A stretch of 14,784 nucleotides of DNA from an uncultured Eubacteriales bacterium. GTDB taxonomy: Bacteria; Bacillota; Clostridia; TANB77; RGIG9151. Location of the stretch: contig CAYZJZ010000014.1 of the NCBI GenBank assembly GCA_964478905.1, forward strand, positions 1-14,784, given 5' to 3'. The notes beneath the pieces were generated by a model. That model was not told the DNA's origin, searched no databases, and was given only the letters and a program-made list of their open reading frames with translations. The position numbers and the translations under genes are program-made. Numbering within the stretch: position 1 is the first letter of the stretch; each line of letters starts with the position of its first letter. Of the stretch, positions 6,849-14,784 are shown one piece after another.

Positions 6849-7343
6849 ATGGAAGAAACACAAGAAAAAGAAGTGCTTCAAAATGAAGCTATAAAAGAAG
6901 AAAAAGAGGTAAATGCTTTGGCAGAAGAATATTACGCTCAACTTCAACGTGTAATGGCTGATTTTGACAATTATAGAAAAAGAGTTGCAAAAGAGAAGGA
7001 TTCTTTATATTCTTTAATTTCAGCTGAACTTATTACTGAGTTTTTACCTGTTTTAGATACTTTAGAAAAAAGTGCTGGCTCAATTGGAGGCGATGATGAA
7101 ACTTCGAAGTCTTGGAGAGAAGGAATTCAACTTGTTTGCAGACAATTTGATGATATACTAAAGAAATTAGGCGCTGAAGAAATAAAGGCAGTTGGAGAAG
7201 CGTTTGATCCTAATTTACATGATGCAGTTATGCATGTAGAAGACGAAAACCTTGGAGAAAATATTATTTCTAAGGAACTTAAAAAAGGCTACAAGTTAAA
7301 GGATAGAATTATTCGTCATAGTATGGTTGTTGTAGCGAATTAA
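6849..7343 (+). CDS. grpE: Nucleotide exchange factor GrpE
   Basis: The motif R..ADF.NYRKR...E is present, with the C-terminal FDP..H.A.......... and KGY.L.DR.IR...V. Its position between hrcA and dnaK fits. SD AAGGAGG lies at 6834-6840. Confidence 0.95.
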   Translation: MEETQEKEVLQNEAIKEEKEVNALAEEYYAQLQRVMADFDNYRKRVAKEKDSLYSLISAELITEFLPVLDTLEKSAGSIGGDDETSKSWREGIQLVCRQFDDILKKLGAEEIKAVGEAFDPNLHDAVMHVEDENLGENIISKELKKGYKLKDRIIRHSMVVVAN

Positions 7344-9236
<1,893 letters not shown>

Positions 9237-9255
9237 ATTTTAGGAGCGTTAAATA

Positions 9256-10428
9256 ATGGCGAAAGATTTATATGAAGTTTTAGGATTAACTAAAACTGCG
9301 ACAGATGATGAAATAAAAAAAGCATATAGAAAACTTGCTAAGAAGTATCATCCGGATTTAAATCCGGGTGATAAAAACGCTGAGGCTAAGTTTAAGGAAG
9401 TTAATGAGGCTTATGAAGTTTTAAGCGATCCGACAAAGAGGTCTAATTATGATCAATTTGGAACTACTGATCCTATGGGAGCAGGTGCCGGAGGATTTAA
9501 TGGGTTTAACGGCTTTAGCGGATTTTCGGGAGGCTTTAACGGTTCTGGTTTTGAATTTACCGGAGGCTTTGGCGGAATTAACGATATATTTGAAGAATTG
9601 TTTAACGGTGGAGGTAATACGCGAGCTTCTTCTAATGGTCCAAAAAGAGGGGCTACTATTTCTACGGTTATAGATCTTTCTTTTGAGGAAGCTGCAAAGG
9701 GTGTAACAAAAGAGATAGAAATAGAAAGATTAGTAAAGTGTGAGACTTGTAACGGAAGCGGTGCTAAACCTGGTACAAGTGCTAAGAAGTGTACTGCTTG
9801 CAACGGAACCGGTCAGGTAACGAGTTTCCAAAATACGATTTTGGGAAGAATTCAAACGTCTCGCCCTTGCCAAACTTGCCGTGGAGAGGGAACGATAATT
9901 GAACAACCTTGTTCGGCTTGTCGAGGTAAGAAAAATGTTAAGAAGAAAATAAAGATTAAGGCTCAAATTCCTGCCGGAATAGACAATGGTCAAACTATCT
10001 CGCTTCAAGGTCAAGGCCAACCTGGAGATAAAGGCGGGCCAAATGGAGATTTACACATTAAGGTAAGAGTAGCTCCACATAAGTTATTTAGAAGAGACGG
10101 AAATAATCTATATTGTGATATTCCGATTACTTTTGTTCAAGCTACTATCGGAGCGGTTATAGAAGTACCGACATTAAACGGCAAGGTAAAGTTTGATTTG
10201 CCGGAAGGTACTCAACCGGGAACTAAGTTTAGATTAAAAGGTAAAGGAATAAAAGATGTAAATGGTTATGGCGTAGGAGATATGTATATAACTGTAAATG
10301 TTGAAGTGCCGAAACATCTTAACTCTGAGCAGAAAAAAGCGTTAAATAAATTCGCTGAAGTATGCGGAGAAGAGGAATATGAAACAAGGAAAAGCTTTTT
10401 TGATAATATGAAAGAGATTTTTAAATAA
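9256..10428 (+). CDS. dnaJ: Co-chaperone DnaJ (type I Hsp40)
   Basis: It has a J domain (DLYEVLGL......[22 protein letters not shown]), a G/F-rich linker and a four-repeat Cys-rich zinc domain ([32 protein letters not shown]), followed by the C-terminal substrate-binding domains. Confidence 0.97.
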   Translation: MAKDLYEVLGLTKTATDDEIKKAYRKLAKKYHPDLNPGDKNAEAKFKEVNEAYEVLSDPTKRSNYDQFGTTDPMGAGAGGFNGFNGFSGFSGGFNGSGFEFTGGFGGINDIFEELFNGGGNTRASSNGPKRGATISTVIDLSFEEAAKGVTKEIEIERLVKCETCNGSGAKPGTSAKKCTACNGTGQVTSFQNTILGRIQTSRPCQTCRGEGTIIEQPCSACRGKKNVKKKIKIKAQIPAGIDNGQTISLQGQGQPGDKGGPNGDLHIKVRVAPHKLFRRDGNNLYCDIPITFVQATIGAVIEVPTLNGKVKFDLPEGTQPGTKFRLKGKGIKDVNGYGVGDMYITVNVEVPKHLNSEQKKALNKFAEVCGEEEYETRKSFFDNMKEIFK

Positions 10429-10437
10429 ATTATTAAG

Positions 10438-10505
10438 ACTGTAAAAAACTCGTAAATTTATAAAGCATTGTATTAATGATAAATGAGTTTTTTACAGTTT
10501 TTTGC
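10438..10505 (+). terminator. Candidate rho-independent terminator of the dnaK operon
   Basis: A 14-bp perfect stem pairs ACTGTAAAAAACTC (10438-10451) with GAGTTTTTTACAGT (10485-10498). It is followed by TTTTTGCTTTTT. The 33-nt loop is unusually large and the stem is AT-rich. Confidence 0.55.
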
Positions 10506-10588
10506 TTTTTCAGATTACTATTTAGAATTTTTGCCAAAAATTAAGTCGGAGCAGTAATTTTTTATGTCAAATGTTTAATTACAATGTA

Positions 10589-10617
10589 TTGACTGAGATT
10601 ACATAAAGTGATAAACT
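10589..10617 (+). promoter_or_regulatory. Candidate sigmaA promoter for the MBL-hydrolase/DUF3006 pair
   Basis: TTGACT at 10589-10594, a 17-nt spacer, and an extended -10 TGaTAAACT (TG at 10609-10610, hexamer at 10612-10617). Confidence 0.55.
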
Positions 10618-10672
10618 AGCCTAGTTAGTTAATAATTAAAACCTAAGATATTTTTTGAAGGGAGATTGCTTT

Positions 10673-11788
10673 ATGACCAATATGTTTGTTCAAGCTGGTA
10701 AGAGAGAGATTTTTGTTAGATTAGTCTTTTTAATTTTATCACTTTTGATGCTGTTGGGACTAACTTCGTGCGATTATGTAGAGGATATTTATCCGTTACC
10801 TACTGATAATAACGATGTTATTTCTAGTATAGAACCGATTTCTTCTGAAGAATTGGAAGTTCATTTTATTGATGTTGGCCAAGCTGATTCGATTTTAATA
10901 AAAACCGGCGGAAATGCTATGTTAATTGATGCGGGAGATAGTAAATCGGGAGATACGATAAAAACGTATTTAGATGCTTGTGGAGTAACTAAATTAGATT
11001 ATTTAATCGGTACACATCCTCACGAAGATCATATGGGTTCGTTTTCGGATATTGTTAATAATTTTGAAATTGAGAACATTATACTGACAGAAAAAATCAA
11101 TACCGGTAAGTACTTTAAGCGTGCGATAGAAGCTATTGAGAATAAAAATCTTTCAGTAACTAAAGCTGTAGTTGGAGATAAATATGAGCTTGGAGAGGCT
11201 GAGTTTATAATACTTTCTCCGTCGAAAGATTATGGCGATAATTTAAATAATGCGTCGATAATTATACGACTTACTTATGGCGAAAATTCTTTCTTATTTA
11301 CCGGAGATGCTGAGACTGAGCCTGAAGGTGATGTTGTAAATTCAGGGTATGAGCTTAAGTCTGATGTACTGAAATTTGGTCATCACGGTAGTTCGACTTC
11401 GTCTTCTGATAGCTTTTTGAAGGCGGTTTCGCCGACTTATGGAGTTATTATGTGCGGAAAAGATAATTCATACGGTCATCCTCATAAAGAAACTTTGGCG
11501 AAAATAAAAAAATACGACATAGAAGTTTACAGAACTGATGAAGTTGGGAATATTGTAGCTATTTCAAATGGAAAAGATATTACTTGGAAAACAGGTAAAA
11601 CTTTAATTCAAGGTGAAAGTGATAAAGCTGAAAACAGATATGTTCTAAATGTAAACTCAAAGAAATTTCATTTGCCGACTTGTTCGTCGGTTGATAAGAT
11701 TTCAGATAAAAATCGTGAAGAATTTAACGGAAACCGAGAGGAACTTATAACTAAAGGATATAGTCCATGTGGAGCTTGTAAACCTTAA
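10673..11788 (+). CDS. Lipoprotein metallo-beta-lactamase-fold hydrolase (ComEC/Rec2-related MBL domain) with a C-terminal Ada-like zinc-ribbon tail
   Basis: The signal peptide carries the lipobox LGLTS-C (Cys33 counted from ATG 10673). MBL motifs are present: VHFIDVGQADS, the H.H.DH motif as GTHPHEDHMG, FTGDAE, and KFGHHGS. The C-terminus FHLPTCSSV...[26]...GYSPCGACKP resembles the Ada N-terminal Zn-binding motif (FxRPSC....GxRPCKxCxP). SD GAAGGGAG lies at 10657-10664. Confidence 0.8.
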   Translation: MTNMFVQAGKREIFVRLVFLILSLLMLLGLTSCDYVEDIYPLPTDNNDVISSIEPISSEELEVHFIDVGQADSILIKTGGNAMLIDAGDSKSGDTIKTYLDACGVTKLDYLIGTHPHEDHMGSFSDIVNNFEIENIILTEKINTGKYFKRAIEAIENKNLSVTKAVVGDKYELGEAEFIILSPSKDYGDNLNNASIIIRLTYGENSFLFTGDAETEPEGDVVNSGYELKSDVLKFGHHGSSTSSSDSFLKAVSPTYGVIMCGKDNSYGHPHKETLAKIKKYDIEVYRTDEVGNIVAISNGKDITWKTGKTLIQGESDKAENRYVLNVNSKKFHLPTCSSVDKISDKNREEFNGNREELITKGYSPCGACKP

Positions 11789-11803
11789 AAGGAGGATAAA
11801 GAT

Positions 11804-12022
11804 ATGAAATTAATCGTTGACAGAATTGAAGAAAACAAAGTCGTTTGTGAAAATGAGAATGGCGGAATGGTAGAAATCGAATTCAAAAAATTCGTAACAA
11901 TGCCTAAAGACGGAGATATGGTTTGTGAAAATGATGAAGGAATGTATATAATTTTGGAAGAAGAAACTAAAAAAGAAAAAGAAGAAATAAGCGAAAGGTT
12001 TATGAATTTGTTTAAAAAATAG
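11804..12022 (+). CDS. DUF3006-family small protein (72 aa)
   Basis: The pattern MKLIVDRIEENKVVCE.E.G.MVEI....F....K.GD.V...DG...I.EEETKK.KEEI...MN.LFKK matches the recalled DUF3006 pattern: an N-terminal small beta domain and a C-terminal acidic/lysine helix ending in LF-K. SD AAGGAGG lies at 11790-11796, and the gene starts 15 nt after the MBL gene stop. Confidence 0.7.
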   Translation: MKLIVDRIEENKVVCENENGGMVEIEFKKFVTMPKDGDMVCENDEGMYIILEEETKKEKEEISERFMNLFKK

Positions 12023-12032
12023 TAAAGGAAAG

Positions 12033-12058
12033 CCCCCCTCACAAATCGTGAGGGGGTT
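12033..12058. terminator. Bidirectional rho-independent terminator shared by the convergent DUF3006 and glgP genes
   Basis: A GC-rich 9-bp stem pairs CCCCCTCAC (12034-12042) with GTGAGGGGG (12048-12056) around the loop AAATC. It is flanked by TTAATTTT on the + strand and, on the - strand, by CTTTCCTTT. It sits between the two stop codons (12022 and 12063). Confidence 0.8.
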
Positions 12059-12062
12059 AATT

Positions 12063-13706
12063 TTAATAGATATATGGAGCGTTGTAGATATAGGCGTAGT
12101 AGTCATTAACCATTCGATCCGTAGAGCACTCTTCCATTGCGGTATAGATTGATGCAAACATCATCTTTGCCCAATGTTGGGGAACCTGGTAAGTCGGAAG
12201 AACCTTTTTTTCCAAAGTATCGTAGAGGTACTGAGCATCAGTATAGCTGTCCTGAGACTGGCTTTCACCAATAACCCAACCGTTTATAGAATATCTGGAA
12301 CTTCTGTACCACCAACCGTCCGCAGTTGATACATTTATTACACCGTTTGTAGCAGCTTTCATACCGGAGGTACTACAAGCTTCAAGCGGGATTCTCGGAT
12401 TACCGAGCCAAATGTCACAACCTCTTACCATAAATTTTGCAATTTCTGTGTCGTAATTCTGGAGAAATACGACATTGTTGGGGTAGCGCTTAGACATTCT
12501 GTAAAGATTCATAAGGATTTCTTTACTAGCAAAGTCCTTAGGATGAGTTTTGCCGGAGAAGATTACTTGAATACCGAAGTTGTTGATTAGTCTTTCAAAT
12601 CTCGGAAGATCTTCGAAAATCAAAGTTGCACGCTTATATTCAATTACTCGACGAGCAAATCCTATAATCGGCAAATCCGGATTTAATTTAACTCCGTTAC
12701 GTTTAAGTACTTCTTCGATTAACTTATTTTTTTCACTTCTGTGGAAATATAAAAGCAGGTCAAGGTCATGATACGAGTAAGCGCTTTTTATATCAGGAGA
12801 CTGCCAGAAAGAAATATCAACACCGTTATCGATGTAGGTAATAGGACATCTATTGTCGATATGGTTCCAAAGTTCTTGAGACGTTGTCTGATGTTTAAGA
12901 GCAACCGCGTTAGCGATTTTTGAAACTCTAAGGCACGCTGTTGTAGAGCCGAACATTGTACCAGTACTGTCACCGCCGATAGCTTTTAGTTCATCATAGG
13001 ATAAACCGAAGTTTACACCAAGATCAATAAGCATCTGAATCGGACGGCTCTTATTACCGGCACTAATTGGCGTATGAGTTGTAAATACGGTATTTCGTCT
13101 AACTTCCATTAATGCTGTTTCAAACGGAATGCCCATCGCCTTTTTTTCAGCAATTAAATAGAGAGCTGCGAATACTCCGTGACCTTCATTAAGATGAAGA
13201 ATATCGAAGTTAAAACCAAGTTTACGTGCAAGGAGAATTGAGCCTACACCTGCGATAACTTCTTGCATAACTCTTTGAGCTTCGCCGTCGAATTCAGCAA
13301 AACCATTTTCTCCGTAGAGATTGTTGGTAATGTTAGCAAATTCGCCGTTTTCTGGTAGGAATGTATCCAAACCATAAGCAATGGATATCTCTTTGTTCGC
13401 CCATACTTTTACTTTAATGTCTCGTCCGGTCATAGGAATATTAAGTGTCATATTAATGTCGGCATAAGATTCCTTAAAGTCTTGTTCTGGATATTCGTCA
13501 ATGACACCTTCGTCAGTTACTGTTTGACGAACATAACCATACTTGTAAAGAGGCGTTACAGCGAGAAAATCAGCGCCAAGTCTTGCCATTGTTCGAGTGG
13601 TGTCACCGTAGAGTACACCAAGACCACCTGAATAGTTTCTTCCGCCGGCAGTAGTTTCCATACAAACTGCCAATACCTTTTTGCTTTTAAGTAATGTTTT
13701 TTCCAT
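12063..13706 (-). CDS. glgP: Alpha-glucan (glycogen/maltodextrin) phosphorylase, short GT35 alpha-glucan-family type
   Basis: The N-terminus reads YSGGLGVLYGDT.R..A.LG......PLYKYGY.RQ. The PLP-lysine region reads EACSTSGMKAATNGV.N.S..DGWW. The true start is ATG at 13706 (MEKTLLK...) with SD GGAG at 13713-13716 on the - strand. The track start at 13763 adds 19 unlikely residues. Confidence 0.88.
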   Translation of the reverse strand: MEKTLLKSKKVLAVCMETTAGGRNYSGGLGVLYGDTTRTMARLGADFLAVTPLYKYGYVRQTVTDEGVIDEYPEQDFKESYADINMTLNIPMTGRDIKVKVWANKEISIAYGLDTFLPENGEFANITNNLYGENGFAEFDGEAQRVMQEVIAGVGSILLARKLGFNFDILHLNEGHGVFAALYLIAEKKAMGIPFETALMEVRRNTVFTTHTPISAGNKSRPIQMLIDLGVNFGLSYDELKAIGGDSTGTMFGSTTACLRVSKIANAVALKHQTTSQELWNHIDNRCPITYIDNGVDISFWQSPDIKSAYSYHDLDLLLYFHRSEKNKLIEEVLKRNGVKLNPDLPIIGFARRVIEYKRATLIFEDLPRFERLINNFGIQVIFSGKTHPKDFASKEILMNLYRMSKRYPNNVVFLQNYDTEIAKFMVRGCDIWLGNPRIPLEACSTSGMKAATNGVINVSTADGWWYRSSRYSINGWVIGESQSQDSYTDAQYLYDTLEKKVLPTYQVPQHWAKMMFASIYTAMEECSTDRMVNDYYAYIYNAPYIY

Positions 13707-13740
13707 AGCTAACTCCTTTTTAATAAAAAATAGAGATTTC

Positions 13741-13762
13741 TGTGCATAAAAATATATGCACA
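13741..13762. repeat. Perfect 8-bp inverted repeat TGTGCATA-N6-TATGCACA in the glgP leader
   Basis: Read directly: 13741-13748 is the reverse complement of 13755-13762. It lies between the predicted -10 (13788-13793) and the glgP SD (13713-13716). Confidence 0.85.
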
Positions 13763-13787
13763 TTTTGTCTTATAAAGACCGATATCC

Positions 13788-13816
13788 ATTATATCACAAT
13801 TAACATTTAAAGTAAA
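13788..13816 (-). promoter_or_regulatory. Candidate sigmaA promoter for glgP
   Basis: On the - strand: TTTACT (13816-13811), a 17-nt spacer, and an extended -10 TGaTATAAT with the perfect hexamer TATAAT at 13793-13788. Confidence 0.6.
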
Positions 13817-13947
13817 GCAAAAATGTAAACTAATGATATTGCCTTTTGCAAAACACAAAATCAGAATAATAACAACTTTTTACCATTGAAAAATATGTAA
13901 ATATGTAGTACACTTTAAATGTTAAATTTATGTGGAGAAGGTTGAAT

Positions 13948-14784
13948 ATGCAAAATATATATTGTTTTTTGGATAGGTTCTTGCCGTATGACTGGCTGGA
14001 ATATGATTTTATGAAAAATGCGTTTTTGGCTACTATTTTGATTGGATTACTATTTGGTTTCTTGGGAAGTATGGTTGTAAATAATAAGCTTTCTTTTTTC
14101 TCTGAAGCTCTTGGTCACTCAGCGTTAACCGGAATAGGAATAGGGGTAATTTTAGGAATATCTGATACGATTTATTCTATGATAGCTTTTGCTGTAATTA
14201 TGGCGATTTGTATTTGGTTTATAGAGAAAAGGAAAACTATTTCTACCGATACTGTAATTGGCGTTTTTTCGTCTACGGCTGTGGCGTTAGGCTTGGTTTT
14301 ACTTTCTAAGGGTGGAAATTTCAATAAGTATTCAAATTATTTAATCGGCGATATTTTAAGTATTACCGGTGAAGAAATAGTACTTTTGTTTATTACGTTT
14401 ATTGTTACTGTTATTGTATGGAGTATATTGTTTAATAAGTTGATTTTATCCGGAGTTAATGCCTCTATTGCCAGAAGTAGGAGAGTAAATGCGGATGTGT
14501 TGAAATTGGTATTTATATTGATACTTGCGGTAGTTGTAATGATTTCTATAAAATGGGTAGGAATTTTGATAATAAATTCTTTACTTATATTACCGGCAGC
14601 TACGGCTAGAAATATCTCTAGGAATATAAGGCAATATACAATCCTTTCAGTAGTATTTTCGCTAATTTCTTGTATAGTCGGACTAATAGGTTCATATTAC
14701 ATGGAAACCGCAGCAGGAGCATCTATTGTTATGGTTTCAGCTGTGTTTTTTGCAATTAGTTTACTTGCTTCAAAATTTGTTTAG
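13948..14784 (+). CDS. ABC-3 family metal (Zn/Mn/Fe) ABC transporter permease (ZnuB/MntB/TroC-like)
   Basis: It is highly hydrophobic with about 8-9 predicted TM segments, and its motifs are typical of the ABC-3 family (F...F......L.G...G..G..VV.....F.S.A..H.AL.G.......; LLILPAATAR). ATG 13948 follows GGAGAAGG at 13934-13941. The stop TAG at 14782-14784 is the last codon of the window. Confidence 0.82.
   Translation: MQNIYCFLDRFLPYDWLEYDFMKNAFLATILIGLLFGFLGSMVVNNKLSFFSEALGHSALTGIGIGVILGISDTIYSMIAFAVIMAICIWFIEKRKTISTDTVIGVFSSTAVALGLVLLSKGGNFNKYSNYLIGDILSITGEEIVLLFITFIVTVIVWSILFNKLILSGVNASIARSRRVNADVLKLVFILILAVVVMISIKWVGILIINSLLILPAATARNISRNIRQYTILSVVFSLISCIVGLIGSYYMETAAGASIVMVSAVFFAISLLASKFV

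Noticed and set aside
9449-9803. ORFs of 74 aa (+) and 116 aa (-) overlapping dnaJ
   Set aside because: They arise from the low-complexity Gly/Phe-rich and Cys-repeat coding region of dnaJ. Their proline/leucine-rich translations have no start context, so they are artefacts of the compositional repeat.
9871-9945. The fourth DnaJ zinc-finger repeat reads CSACRGKK instead of CxxCxGxG
   Set aside because: The Cys ligands are intact, and variation at the trailing Gly positions is within normal DnaJ diversity.
11785-12157. - strand ORFs of 85 aa and 115 aa overlapping the DUF3006 gene and the terminator
   Set aside because: They run antisense through the DUF3006 gene and the bidirectional terminator, and their translations are low-complexity (poly-F/S). 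The + strand DUF3006 ORF has a strong SD and a family-like sequence.
12580-12973. Short ORFs 12580..12771 (+) and 12788..12973 (-) within glgP
   Set aside because: Both are embedded in the well-supported glgP coding region, antisense or out of frame, with no independent signals.
12063-13706. glgP looks GC-richer than its neighbours, raising the question of horizontal transfer
   Set aside because: Hand counts of a few 60-nt lines gave 43-45% GC for glgP. A dnaK line gave about 47% and an mtaB line 30%, so the variation tracks conserved or highly expressed genes. I cannot compute proper window statistics, so there is not enough evidence.

Overview
This is a low-GC Firmicutes-type chromosomal segment (Clostridia/Tissierellia-like codon usage and gene content; species not determinable from sequence alone), and most of it is ordinary housekeeping. 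Gene order on the + strand: the 3' end of a group II intron, then mtaB, a TM-less CorC/YbeX-like CBS protein, a DUF21-CBS-CorC (CNNM/TlyC-type) membrane protein, rluB-type pseudouridine synthase and metK. A terminator follows, then a sigmaA promoter with a perfect CIRCE operator and hrcA-grpE-dnaK-dnaJ. After another terminator come a lipoprotein MBL-fold (ComEC/Rec2-related) hydrolase and a DUF3006 small protein. A bidirectional terminator separates these from a convergent alpha-glucan phosphorylase on the - strand, and a divergently transcribed ABC-3 metal permease ends the window. No rRNA, tRNA or CRISPR array was seen. I found no convincing novel multi-gene system. The observations most worth a second look are: (1) the first ~210 nt are the 3' end of a class-C-like group II intron (IEP tail, domain V with a CGC triad, domain VI with a bulged A) ending about 20 nt before the mtaB start codon; (2) hrcA is an intact ORF about one third shorter than canonical HrcA, apparently missing the inserted dimerisation region, yet it keeps a perfect CIRCE site; (3) an exported MBL hydrolase with an Ada-like H/C3 zinc-ribbon tail is paired with DUF3006. 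All coordinates and motifs were read by eye; homology statements rest on recalled family signatures, not on searches.
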